DNA from: an uncultured Acidimicrobiaceae bacterium | Lineage (GTDB): Bacteria > Actinomycetota > Acidimicrobiia > Acidimicrobiales > Ilumatobacteraceae | Assembly: GCA_963746265.1 (NCBI GenBank) | Contig: CAVVAM010000014.1 | Location: forward strand, 592,114 to 656,113 | DNA: 64,000 bases | Direction: 5' to 3' | In this document: positions 1 through 8,922 of the stretch, piece after piece | How the letters are laid out: each line of letters opens with the position of its first letter | How positions within the stretch are numbered: the stretch's first letter is position 1 | The notes under the pieces: model-generated | The model's input: the letters and a program-made list of their open reading frames with translations, nothing else | What the model was told of the DNA's origin: nothing | Database searches by the model: none | Program-made: the position numbers and the translations under genes

Positions 1-244
1 GCACGAAACGACGTCGTTGCGCGTCGGGCAGCACCGGTGAGCCGACCCCCCGGACGGGATCCGATTCGGCCCCGTCAACGACCGGCGCGAGGCTCGCATC
101 GGCGCGGTCCGAGCGCCGAATCCTGGGCTCGTGGCTGGTCAGCTCGATCTCGATCCGCTGCGGCTCGGGGCGATGGTCCACCGCGTGCCATCAGACCACA
201 TCGAGGCGACCGGCGCTCGTCGCGATCCGACTACCGTGCGACCC

Positions 245-631
245 ATGGACGCCCGCGCCACCGTCGAGCGATATCTCGCCGCCCTCTCCGCCGCCGACGC
301 ACACGGCGTGGCGGCGCTGGTGACCGAGGACTTCGTGAACGAGCACACGAGCGAGATCGGCTCCGGACTGCGAGGTCGGGCCGCCTACGCGGAGCGTCTG
401 CCGGACTTCCTGGCGCAGTTCGCAGCCCTGCACTACGAGATCGTCGACGTCATCGCCGAGGGAGACCGCGTGGCCGTGCGGTACCGGATGACGGCGAACT
501 TCCAGGGCCATCCGATCGACATACCGGGCGTCATGCTGTTCCGAGTCGTCGCCGACCTCGTGGCCGAACGAACCGACGTGTGGGACAGCCTCACCTTCCT
601 GCGACAGACGGGAGCCGTCGAAGAGCGGTAG
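245..631 (+). CDS. SnoaL-like / NTF2-family (ester cyclase) protein
   Basis: YLAALSAADAHGVAAL...VIAEGDRVAVRYRMT...GVMLFRV pattern. Start moved to ATG 245, which lies 7 nt after a TACCGT -10 hexamer (232-237). Confidence 0.8.
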   Translation: MDARATVERYLAALSAADAHGVAALVTEDFVNEHTSEIGSGLRGRAAYAERLPDFLAQFAALHYEIVDVIAEGDRVAVRYRMTANFQGHPIDIPGVMLFRVVADLVAERTDVWDSLTFLRQTGAVEER

Positions 632-639
632 GATCCGAA

Positions 640-735
640 GTGATCGTACGGGGAGCTCGCGACGGCGGGCTGAGAGGGTGGACTGGCCACCGACCCGAGA
701 ACCTGATCCGGGTAATGCCGGCGGAGGGAACGGAT
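640..735 (+). ncRNA. TPP riboswitch
   Basis: GGGAGC..GCTGAGAG..GACCC.GAACCTGATCCGGGTAATGCCGGCGGAGGGAA core, directly upstream of thiamine genes. Boundaries are approximate. Confidence 0.95.
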
Positions 736-1414
736 GAACGACATCGTGATCGTGGTCACCGGGGATGCGCCGCTCGACGAGCGCGCCCTGGAGGCGATCC
801 CACCGGGGGCGATCGTGATCGCCGCCGACGGCGCACTCGACCACGCACTCGCGGCCGGCCTGCGACCTGCGGCCCTCATCGGCGACCTCGATTCCGTCTC
901 CGACGACGGGCTGACGTGGGCGGAGTCCCACTCGACGATCGAGCGGTACCCGCCCGACAAGGAGCACACCGACACCGAACTCGCGCTCGCGGCGGCCGCC
1001 GACCTGAACCCCGCTCGGCTGATCTTGATCGCGGGCGGTGGTGACCGCCTCGACCACACGATCGCGGCCATCGGCGCGCTGGGCCACCCGTCGATGACGA
1101 GCATCCCCGTCATCGAGGGGTGGTGGGGCCCGCAACGGTTCGCCGTCGTGCACGGCCCCGGACGCGCCCGGCTCGACGTACCGGCCGGCACGACGATCTC
1201 CCTGCTCGCGCTCCACGGGGGCTGCGGCGGCGTCTCGATCGACGGTGTGCGTTGGCCGCTCCTCGCGGCCGACCTCCCGCCCGCGGTCGGGCTGGGCGTC
1301 AGCAATGAGGTCACCGACGGCGCGATCGAGGTCACGTTGACCTCCGGCGTGCTGACCGTGTTCGTCAACTGCCACCTCGAACCCCACCCCGTTCCCGAAT
1401 CGGAGGACTCGTGA
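734..1414 (+). CDS. thiN: Thiamine diphosphokinase
   Basis: IAADGALDH, LIGDLDS, PPDKEHTDTELAL, GGGDRLDHTIA and GLGVSNE motifs. Confidence 0.92.
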   Translation: MNDIVIVVTGDAPLDERALEAIPPGAIVIAADGALDHALAAGLRPAALIGDLDSVSDDGLTWAESHSTIERYPPDKEHTDTELALAAAADLNPARLILIAGGGDRLDHTIAAIGALGHPSMTSIPVIEGWWGPQRFAVVHGPGRARLDVPAGTTISLLALHGGCGGVSIDGVRWPLLAADLPPAVGLGVSNEVTDGAIEVTLTSGVLTVFVNCHLEPHPVPESEDS

Positions 1415-2454
1415 AACGCTCGCCGGCGTTCGTCGCCGCTGCCATCCTGACCGTCGCCGCGTGTGGCGGTGATGAACCGAACTCGCTCACCCTGCTCGCC
1501 TACGACTCGTTCCCCGACGGCGACGGCGACCCCGTGGTCGTCGCACTCGAGGAGTTCACTTCCGAGACGGGCATCGACGTCGAGATCATCAAGTCGACCG
1601 ACACGGGCACGATGGTGTCGAGCGCGGCGTTGACGGCCGGCAATCCCGAGGCCGACGTCATGTGGGGGATCGACAGCACGTTCCTGTCGCGGGCGATCGA
1701 CGCCGAGATCTTCGAACCGTACGAGGCGAACGGCCTCGATTCGATCCCCCCCGACCTCATGGCCCTCGTGCCCGGGTTCGACGCCACTCCGGTCGACTTC
1801 GGTGACGTCTGCGTCAACTACGACATCGCCGCCCTCGCCGACGACGGGCTCGCACCCCCGACGTCGCTCGGTGACCTGACGCGGCCCGAGTACGCCGGGA
1901 AACTCGTCGTGCAGAACCCGGCGCTCTCGTCACCGGGCCTGGCATTTCTGCTCGCCACGATCGCGACGTTCGGCGAAGCCGGGTGGGAGCAGTACTGGCG
2001 GGATCTGCGCGCCAACGACGTCTTGGTCGCCAACGGATGGACCGAGGCCTACTACGGCGACTTCACACGTGCGGGTGGCGATCGACCGCTCGTCGTGAGC
2101 TACGGCTCGAGCCCGCCGTTCGAGGTCCTGTTCGCCGAGGAGCCGATGTCGGAGGCGGCCAGCGGTGTCGTCGAGTCGTCGTGTTACCGGCAGGTCGAGT
2201 TCGCGGGCATCCTGCGCGGCACCGAGTCGTCGGAGAACGCCGGGAAGCTGATCGACTTCCTGATCAGCGAGCGGTTCCAGCGCGAGGTCGGGCTCAGCTT
2301 GTTCGTGTTCCCCGTGAACTCGAACGTCGAACTCGAACCAGAGTTCGTCCAGTTCGCGACGATTCCCGAGGACCCGATCACGATCGACCCGACGCTGGTC
2401 GACGCCAACCGCACCGAGTGGATCGAACGCTGGAACGCCGCCGTCCTTCGCTGA
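1411..2454 (+). CDS. thiB: Thiamine ABC transporter substrate-binding lipoprotein
   Basis: Lipobox LTVAAC, then AYDSF, DFGDVCVNYD, SSPGLAFLLAT, GWTEAYYG, LVVSYGSSP and CYRQVEFAGIL. Confidence 0.93.
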   Translation: MKRSPAFVAAAILTVAACGGDEPNSLTLLAYDSFPDGDGDPVVVALEEFTSETGIDVEIIKSTDTGTMVSSAALTAGNPEADVMWGIDSTFLSRAIDAEIFEPYEANGLDSIPPDLMALVPGFDATPVDFGDVCVNYDIAALADDGLAPPTSLGDLTRPEYAGKLVVQNPALSSPGLAFLLATIATFGEAGWEQYWRDLRANDVLVANGWTEAYYGDFTRAGGDRPLVVSYGSSPPFEVLFAEEPMSEAASGVVESSCYRQVEFAGILRGTESSENAGKLIDFLISERFQREVGLSLFVFPVNSNVELEPEFVQFATIPEDPITIDPTLVDANRTEWIERWNAAVLR

Positions 2455-4043
2455 ACCGACTCCCGCGCTGGTTTCTCGCCGGTGTCGCCATCCCGCCGGC
2501 GACGTTCCTGGCGCTGTTCTACCTGTGGCCGTTCACGACGCTGATCGCACGCGGTCTGCACGGCGACTCGATCGAAGCAACGCTGGGCCGGGCGGACACG
2601 TGGCGCGTGTTGTGGTTCACCACATGGCAGGCCGTCGCCAGCACTGCACTGACCATCGTCATCGGCCTCGCTCCCGCCTGGGCGGTCGCTCGGTTCGACT
2701 TCCGCGGCCGGCGACTGCTGACGAGCACGCTGACGGCCGTGTTCGTGCTCCCGACGGTGGTCGTGGGCGCCGCGTTCGTGGCGATCCTGCCCGACTCGCT
2801 GGACCGCAGCGTGTGGGCGATTCTCGGCGCCCACGTCGCGTTCAACCTCGCCGTCGTCGTCCGCGCCGTCGGTGCGTCGTGGGAGCGGATCCCCGCCGAC
2901 CTCGATGCCGCAGCCGCGACGCTCGGAGCCGGACCGGTACGGACGTTCCGCACGGTGACGCTGCCGCTGCTCCGGTCGTCGATCGCTGCGGCAGCGGCGA
3001 TCGTGTTCATGTTCACGTTCACGTCGTTCGGGGTGATCCGGGTGTTGGGTACGGCCGACCGGACGACCCTGGAGGTGGAGGTGTGGCGTCGCGCGACGCA
3101 GCTCGGTGACCTCGGTGGCGCGGCCACGTTGGCCATCATCCAGCTCGGTGTGCTCGGGCTACTGGTGGCCTGGACGTCGAGGCAGCAGCGGCACCACACC
3201 CACCGCTTCGTGATCGCTCGGGGTGCCGACCGACGACGACCGGCCGGTCGAGAGCGGGCCGCCGTCGCCATGGCGGTCGCGGTGACGGCCGTCATCGTCG
3301 CCGCTCCGCTCGTTGCGCTGGTCGAGCGGTCGTTGCGGTTCGAGGGCGGCTACTCGTTCACTGCCTGGCGATCGCTCGGGAACCAGGAGATCAGGCCCGG
3401 CCTGCGGCTCGGTGTCGACCCACTCGGAGCGTTGGAACGGTCCGCGGTCACTGCGTTGTGGGCGACCTTGGTCGCCGTGATCATCGGCGCGGCCGCCGTT
3501 GCCGCGATCAGCGCGCTCGGCCGTGCCGGCTCCGTGCTCGACGTCGGCCTGATGCTGCCGCTCGGCACCTCGGCGGTGACGATCGGCTTCGGCATGCTGA
3601 TCACCTTTGACACGCCGCCGGTCGACTGGCGGGCGGCGTGGTGGCTCGTGCCGGTCGGGCACGCACTGGTCGCGGTGCCGTTCGTGGTCCGCACGGCGCT
3701 GGTCGCGATCCGAACGATCCCTGCCGATCAGGCGGCCGCCGCTGCGACCCTCGGTGCGTCGCCGATTCGTGCCTGGGCACACACCTCGCTCCCGGCGCTC
3801 CGTCGACCGCTCGCGGCCGGCGCGGGGCTGGCCGCCGCGATCTCGCTCGGCGAGTTCGGCGCGACCAGCTTCCTCAGTCGCTCGGGCGGCGAGACCCTCC
3901 CGATCGCGATCGAGCGGCTGCTCGGGCGCACCGGTCGGCTCTTCCAGGCCCAGGCGTTCGCACTGTCGAGCATCCTGGCGGCGGCCACGATCGCGATCGT
4001 GATGGTGGTCGATCGGGGAGGCGAACGTGCTCGAGGTTCGTGA
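2451..4043 (+). CDS. thiP: Thiamine ABC transporter permease (duplicated ThiP/FbpB type)
   Basis: Two EAA-loop halves (AAAATLGAGP, AAAATLGASP) and many TM helices. Start is uncertain: CTG 2451 or GTG 2418. The track's start at 1983 is not credible. Confidence 0.88.
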   Translation: MNRLPRWFLAGVAIPPATFLALFYLWPFTTLIARGLHGDSIEATLGRADTWRVLWFTTWQAVASTALTIVIGLAPAWAVARFDFRGRRLLTSTLTAVFVLPTVVVGAAFVAILPDSLDRSVWAILGAHVAFNLAVVVRAVGASWERIPADLDAAAATLGAGPVRTFRTVTLPLLRSSIAAAAAIVFMFTFTSFGVIRVLGTADRTTLEVEVWRRATQLGDLGGAATLAIIQLGVLGLLVAWTSRQQRHHTHRFVIARGADRRRPAGRERAAVAMAVAVTAVIVAAPLVALVERSLRFEGGYSFTAWRSLGNQEIRPGLRLGVDPLGALERSAVTALWATLVAVIIGAAAVAAISALGRAGSVLDVGLMLPLGTSAVTIGFGMLITFDTPPVDWRAAWWLVPVGHALVAVPFVVRTALVAIRTIPADQAAAAATLGASPIRAWAHTSLPALRRPLAAGAGLAAAISLGEFGATSFLSRSGGETLPIAIERLLGRTGRLFQAQAFALSSILAAATIAIVMVVDRGGERARGS

Positions 4044-4653
4044 GATCTCCGTGTCGTTCGGCGCCACCCCGGTGCTCGAGGGAATCTCACTCGACGTCGC
4101 CGCCGCCGAGATCGTCGCCCTCCTCGGTCCGTCCGGCAGCGGCAAGAGCACGCTGCTGCGCGTGATCGCCGGGCTGCTCCGGCCGGACCGCGGGCGGATC
4201 GTGATCGCCGGCGAGGACGTCACCAATGTGCCGACCCACCGACGTTCCGTCGGCATGGTCTTCCAGGACGAGCAGCTGTTCCCGCACCTCGACGTCGGCG
4301 GCAACGTCGAGTTCGGCATGAAGATGGCCGGCATGAAGCCGCCGAGACGACGACAGCGGGCGGGCGAGCTGCTCGAACTCGTCGGGCTCGGCGGGTTCGC
4401 AAGCCGATCGATCGACCGCTTGTCCGGGGGCGAGGCGAAACGGGTCGCGCTCGTGCGCTCGCTCGCACCTGCGCCCGAGGTGCTGTTGCTCGATGAGCCG
4501 CTCTCCGGTCTCGACCGCGATCTCCAGTCACTGGTCGGAGCCGAGATCGCGACAGCGCTCCGGGCGACATCGACGACCGCGATGTGGGTGACCCACGACA
4601 CGGCCGAGGCGAGGCGCATCGCCGATCGGACCTGCCACCTCGGCGACCTCTGA
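4027..4653 (+). CDS. thiQ: Thiamine ABC transporter ATP-binding protein
   Basis: GPSGSGKST, LSGGE and LLLDEP motifs. Short (208 aa), with no C-terminal regulatory domain. Confidence 0.88.
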   Translation: MLEVREISVSFGATPVLEGISLDVAAAEIVALLGPSGSGKSTLLRVIAGLLRPDRGRIVIAGEDVTNVPTHRRSVGMVFQDEQLFPHLDVGGNVEFGMKMAGMKPPRRRQRAGELLELVGLGGFASRSIDRLSGGEAKRVALVRSLAPAPEVLLLDEPLSGLDRDLQSLVGAEIATALRATSTTAMWVTHDTAEARRIADRTCHLGDL

Positions 4654-4678
4654 CCGGCGGATGGGTATCGTCGGGCCC

Positions 4679-5119
4679 GTGATCGAGGTCGTGATGCTCA
4701 GTGCGACCGGAACCCACCCGCTCCGACGTGCACTTCTGCGCAACGACACACCCGACGACCGTGTCGACTTCGACGGCGACGAGCTGCCGACCACGTTCCA
4801 CCTCGGCGGGACGCTCGACGGCGAGCTGGTGACGATCTCGAGCTGGATGCAGCGGCGCTATCCCGATCTCCCCGGCCATCCGGGCCATCAACTCCGGGGT
4901 ATGGCGACGCTTCCGGCGGCGCGTGGCTCGGGAGTGAGCGTCCTCGTCCTCCACGAGGGCCTCCGACGTTGCGCCGCCGCCGGGTCCACCGTCGTGTGGG
5001 CGCGGGCACGCGTGACCGCACTGGCCTTCTACGAGCGACACGGCTTCGACACCCGCGGTGACGAGTACATCGACCTGACGACCGGGCTTCCACACCGCGA
5101 CATCACCCGTTTCGTCTGA
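4679..5119 (+). CDS. GNAT family N-acetyltransferase
   Basis: QLRGMATLPAARGSGVS...VWARARVTALAFYERHGF. GTG 4679 lies 7 nt after TATCGT. Confidence 0.85.
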   Translation: MIEVVMLSATGTHPLRRALLRNDTPDDRVDFDGDELPTTFHLGGTLDGELVTISSWMQRRYPDLPGHPGHQLRGMATLPAARGSGVSVLVLHEGLRRCAAAGSTVVWARARVTALAFYERHGFDTRGDEYIDLTTGLPHRDITRFV

Positions 5120-5170
5120 TGGCGGACGCCGCTTTCCGGTTCGAGGTCGAGGATCCCTCCACTCCCTGAC

Positions 5171-5482
5171 GTGGAGCACCGAACAGCAGCAGGACCGAAC
5201 GCCGAATCGTCCCACGCCCCCGATCTGCGTCGTCGCGCCGACGAGCTCGGCGAGCTCGCACGATCGATCGAGCGATCGTGCGTGATGACCCTGGTCGAGC
5301 CCGAATCGAGCGCGGCATCCGATGATCGTTCTCGAGCGGCGGATCGTGGGCGACTCTGCGAGGCGATGTTGCAGCGCAACCTGCACCAGCTGCACAGAGC
5401 GGCAGACGACCTCCGGATCACTGCGATGCGATTTCGGGAACGAGCCGACGAGCTCGAAACTGCCGTGCGGGCGGCATCATGA
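5171..5482 (+). CDS. Hypothetical helical-hairpin protein (WXG100-like size and shape)
   Basis: 103 aa with two amphipathic helices sharing the RxRADEL repeat, and GC3-rich codons. Confidence 0.6.
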   Translation: MEHRTAAGPNAESSHAPDLRRRADELGELARSIERSCVMTLVEPESSAASDDRSRAADRGRLCEAMLQRNLHQLHRAADDLRITAMRFRERADELETAVRAAS

Positions 5483-5694
5483 GAACCGGCCGGGCAGCGG
5501 AGGCCGGCGTCGGGGGTTCGGCGCAGCCGTGCGAACGGGTCGAGGACGCGATCGCAGATCTGTGCCGACTGCGCAGCACCGATCCGGCAGCTCGATCGGC
5601 CCTCCGGGCGATCAGACTCACCCGACTCACCTTGGAGTGCTTCTGGGCGACGGGCACAGCCCGGGAACCGACCGGCGACGACGCTGATCGCTGA
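5479..5694 (+). CDS. Hypothetical small protein
   Basis: 71 aa with an ATGA overlap onto the upstream ORF; no recognised motif. Confidence 0.4.
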   Translation: MRTGRAAEAGVGGSAQPCERVEDAIADLCRLRSTDPAARSALRAIRLTRLTLECFWATGTAREPTGDDADR

Positions 5695-5724
5695 TCGGCC
5701 CGGAGGAGGGCCCGTGCCGGCAGA

Positions 5725-6375
5725 TCAGAAGAGCCCGGCTTCGCCGAGTCCGTCGATCTGGGCGCGGCCCATCAACCAGGCCAGACGAAGCGACGGCTCG
5801 GCCGCCAGCGCGGCCTCGGGGAGCGGCGTCATGCCCATCGGTTGACGGGCGGTCCAGAGCATGCCCATCAGACGGAGATCGCGACGGACGTACTCACCGG
5901 GCATGTCGGCGAATTCGTAGCCGAGGCCCAGGTCGGCTCGATGCACCTCGACCTCGCGCTGGCGCAGCAGGGGCACCTGACGCTTTCGACGTTCGCCCGA
6001 GAGCATCGACACGGTGCCGGACCAGTCGTCGCAGGTCGTGACCGCTCCCACGACGGCCTCGCTGCGGGAGACGATGTCGTCGACCAACTCGTCCCACGGG
6101 CGGGTCGACCCCGACTCGATGTCCGCGTTCCGGCCGGCCGGCCCGTGCGGATACTGGGGGTCGCCGCCGAGCACCGACAGCACCCCGTCGCCGTTTCGGG
6201 CGATGTGCGTCATCACATGCCCGATCGACCATCCGGGCAGCCGCGACGGTGCCGTCGGGTCGGGTTCCCCGACCTGCCCGACGAACGTGATCAGGGCCCG
6301 TTCCGAGGCGACGCAGGCGGCGATCTCCCGCTCCAGCTCGGCCGCGTCGATGGTCTCGTCGCTGTGGTGCTGCAC
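5725..6375 (-). CDS. Mycothiol-dependent maleylpyruvate isomerase (MDMPI/DinB) family protein
   Basis: APSRLPGWSIGHVMTHIARN...REVEVHRADLG. Start is uncertain (6375, 6387 or 6399). Confidence 0.85.
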   Translation of the reverse strand: MQHHSDETIDAAELEREIAACVASERALITFVGQVGEPDPTAPSRLPGWSIGHVMTHIARNGDGVLSVLGGDPQYPHGPAGRNADIESGSTRPWDELVDDIVSRSEAVVGAVTTCDDWSGTVSMLSGERRKRQVPLLRQREVEVHRADLGLGYEFADMPGEYVRRDLRLMGMLWTARQPMGMTPLPEAALAAEPSLRLAWLMGRAQIDGLGEAGLF

Positions 6376-6413
6376 GTTGCGTGACACTAATCCCGACATG
6401 GCAGGCTGGGCCG

Positions 6414-7451
6414 ATGCAATCAACGATGCAGCTGGGGATGGTCGGGCTCGGCCGAATGGGCGCGAACATGGTGCGGCGGCTGATGGTCGACGGCCACGAA
6501 TGCGTCGTCCACGACGTCGACGCGTCCGCCATCGACGAACTCGCCGCCGAGGGCGCCGCGCCTGCGCACACCCTGCAGGAACTGGTCGACTCGCTCGCGC
6601 CGCCGCGACATGTCTGGCTGATGATCCCGGCGGCATTCGTCGGCGCGACGGTCGAGCGGCTGGCACCACTGCTCGACCGCGGTGACACCATCATCGATGG
6701 CGGCAACTCGTGGTATCGCGACGACGTGGATCGGAGCGGGCCACTGCTCGACGACCACGGCATCCACTACCTCGACGTCGGAACCAGCGGCGGCGTGCAC
6801 GGCCTCGAACGCGGCTACTGCCTGATGATCGGCGGCGATCGGGTCGCGGTCGACGAGCTCGAACCGATCTTCACGTCACTGGCTCCGGGCGTCGACGCTG
6901 CCGAGCGCACGCCGGGGCGCGTGGGAGACCCGTCTCCCGAGGAACGCGGCTGGTTCCACTGTGGCCCCTCGGGTGCCGGCCACTTCGTCAAGATGGTGCA
7001 CAACGGCATCGAGTACGGGTTGATGGCTGCGTACGCGGAAGGCGTCAACGTGCTGGCCGAGGCGAACATCGGCGCCGAGGATCACGCAGCCGACGCCGAG
7101 ACGGCCCCGCTCGACGATGCGAAGTACTACCGGTACGACATCGATCTGGGCGCGGTCACCGAGCTGTGGCGCCGTGGATCCGTCGTCACGAGCTGGCTGC
7201 TCGACCTCACCGCCGAAGCGTTCCTGACCGACCCCGGACTCGACGAGTACTCGGGCCACGTGAGCGACTCGGGAGAGGGACGCTGGACCATCCACGCGGC
7301 GATCGACGAGGGAGTCCCGGCGCCCGTGTTGTCGGCCGCGCTCTACCAGCGGTTCAGCTCACGCGGCCGCTCCAACACGGCGGACCGGGTGCTGTCGGCG
7401 ATGCGGGCAGGTTTCGGCGGCCATGGCGAGCGCACGGAGTCGAGCCGATGA
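6414..7451 (+). CDS. gnd: 6-phosphogluconate dehydrogenase, decarboxylating (short NAD-type)
   Basis: GMVGLGRMGANM, IIDGGNS, LDVGTSGG, GHFVKMVHNGIEYG and DSGEGRWT. Start is 6414 or 6426. Confidence 0.95.
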   Translation: MQSTMQLGMVGLGRMGANMVRRLMVDGHECVVHDVDASAIDELAAEGAAPAHTLQELVDSLAPPRHVWLMIPAAFVGATVERLAPLLDRGDTIIDGGNSWYRDDVDRSGPLLDDHGIHYLDVGTSGGVHGLERGYCLMIGGDRVAVDELEPIFTSLAPGVDAAERTPGRVGDPSPEERGWFHCGPSGAGHFVKMVHNGIEYGLMAAYAEGVNVLAEANIGAEDHAADAETAPLDDAKYYRYDIDLGAVTELWRRGSVVTSWLLDLTAEAFLTDPGLDEYSGHVSDSGEGRWTIHAAIDEGVPAPVLSAALYQRFSSRGRSNTADRVLSAMRAGFGGHGERTESSR

Positions 7452-8851
7452 TCGACACGACCCAACCGCGTGCCGACGCCCTCGTGCTGTTCGGCGCGAC
7501 CGGCGACCTCGCGAAGCGCAAGCTGTACCCGGCGCTGTACCGCCTCGAGCAAGAAGGTGTGCTCGAGATCCCGGTGATCGGCGTCGCTCGCAGTGACTGG
7601 ACGGACGAGTCGTTCCGCCGGCACGCCCGCGAAGCGGTCATCGCGGCCGACTCGCACGCGGATGCCGCCACACTCGATCCACTGTGCCGCCGCCTCGACC
7701 TCATCCAGGGCGACTACTCGGACCCGGCCACGTGGGAGATGCTCCGCTCGACGCTCGATCGGCACGACTCGTGCAACGCCGTGTACTACATGGCGATCCC
7801 CCCGACGATGTTCCCCGAGGTCGCGAGGAGCCTCGCTTCGGTCGGCCTCAACGAACGAGGCCGGATCGTCGTGGAGAAGCCCTTCGGACGCGACCTCACG
7901 AGCGCGCAGGAACTCAACGAGACGCTCGCTGCCGTGTTCCCCGAAGCGCGGATCTTCCGCATCGACCACTACCTCGGCAAGGAGAGCGTCGAGGACCTGC
8001 TCGTGTTCCGCTTCTCCAACACCCTGCTCGAGCCGGTGTGGAACCGGCGCTACGTGCGCAGCGTCCAGATCACGATGTCGGAGACGATCGGCGTCGAGGG
8101 CCGGGGCTCGTTCTACGACGGCGTCGGTGCGATCCGCGACGTCCTGCAGAACCATCTGCTGCAGGTGGTCGCACTGCTGGCGATGGAGCCGCCGGTCGGC
8201 CCCGACTCGCAGTTCCTCCAGGACGAGAAGGCCAAGGTCATGGCGGCGATGCGGCCGATCGACCCGACCGAGCTCGTGCGCGGCCAGTACGTCGGCTATC
8301 GCGACGAGCCCGGCGTGGAAGAGGGCTCGTCGGTCGAGACCTTCGCGGCGGCGAAGCTCGAGATCGACTCGTGGAGATGGGCCGGCGTGCCCTGGTACGT
8401 GCGCGTCGGCAAGGGCCTCACCTCGGCGGCGACCGAGGCCGTGATCGAGTTCCACACCCCGCCGCGCCTGCTCTTCGACGAAGCGGGCGGTCCGCTGCCG
8501 GGACGCAACCTGGTGCGATTCCGGCTCGGCAAACAGGACGGGGTGACGTTCGCGCTCCAGGCCAAGACGCCGGGCCCGCACCTCGACAGCCAGGAGGTCG
8601 ACATCTCGGTCGACTTCGCGGCTGCACTCGGGGCCAGATCCGAGGCCTACGAGCGATTGCTGGGCGACGCCATCGCCGGATCACCGCGCCGGTTCGCTCG
8701 CCAGGACGTGGTCGAACAGACCTGGCGGATCATCCAACCGGCGCTCGACGAACCCGGCCCCGTCCATCCCTACTTCCGCGGGTCGTGGGGGCCGAGTGAG
8801 GCCGACCGTCTGCTCGACGAAGGCGACCACTGGTACGAGCCGAGCAGCTGA
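7448..8851 (+). CDS. zwf: Glucose-6-phosphate 1-dehydrogenase
   Basis: LFGATGDLAKRKLYPALY, VEKPFG, RIDHYLGKE and RDVLQNHLLQ; ATGA overlap with gnd. Confidence 0.96.
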   Translation: MIDTTQPRADALVLFGATGDLAKRKLYPALYRLEQEGVLEIPVIGVARSDWTDESFRRHAREAVIAADSHADAATLDPLCRRLDLIQGDYSDPATWEMLRSTLDRHDSCNAVYYMAIPPTMFPEVARSLASVGLNERGRIVVEKPFGRDLTSAQELNETLAAVFPEARIFRIDHYLGKESVEDLLVFRFSNTLLEPVWNRRYVRSVQITMSETIGVEGRGSFYDGVGAIRDVLQNHLLQVVALLAMEPPVGPDSQFLQDEKAKVMAAMRPIDPTELVRGQYVGYRDEPGVEEGSSVETFAAAKLEIDSWRWAGVPWYVRVGKGLTSAATEAVIEFHTPPRLLFDEAGGPLPGRNLVRFRLGKQDGVTFALQAKTPGPHLDSQEVDISVDFAAALGARSEAYERLLGDAIAGSPRRFARQDVVEQTWRIIQPALDEPGPVHPYFRGSWGPSEADRLLDEGDHWYEPSS

Positions 8852-8922
8852 CCCTTCGTGCCCGGGGCTCCCGCCGGACGGAGCGCTCGCCACCGGTGAC
8901 GGCGGGATGGAAGGATGGAGAG

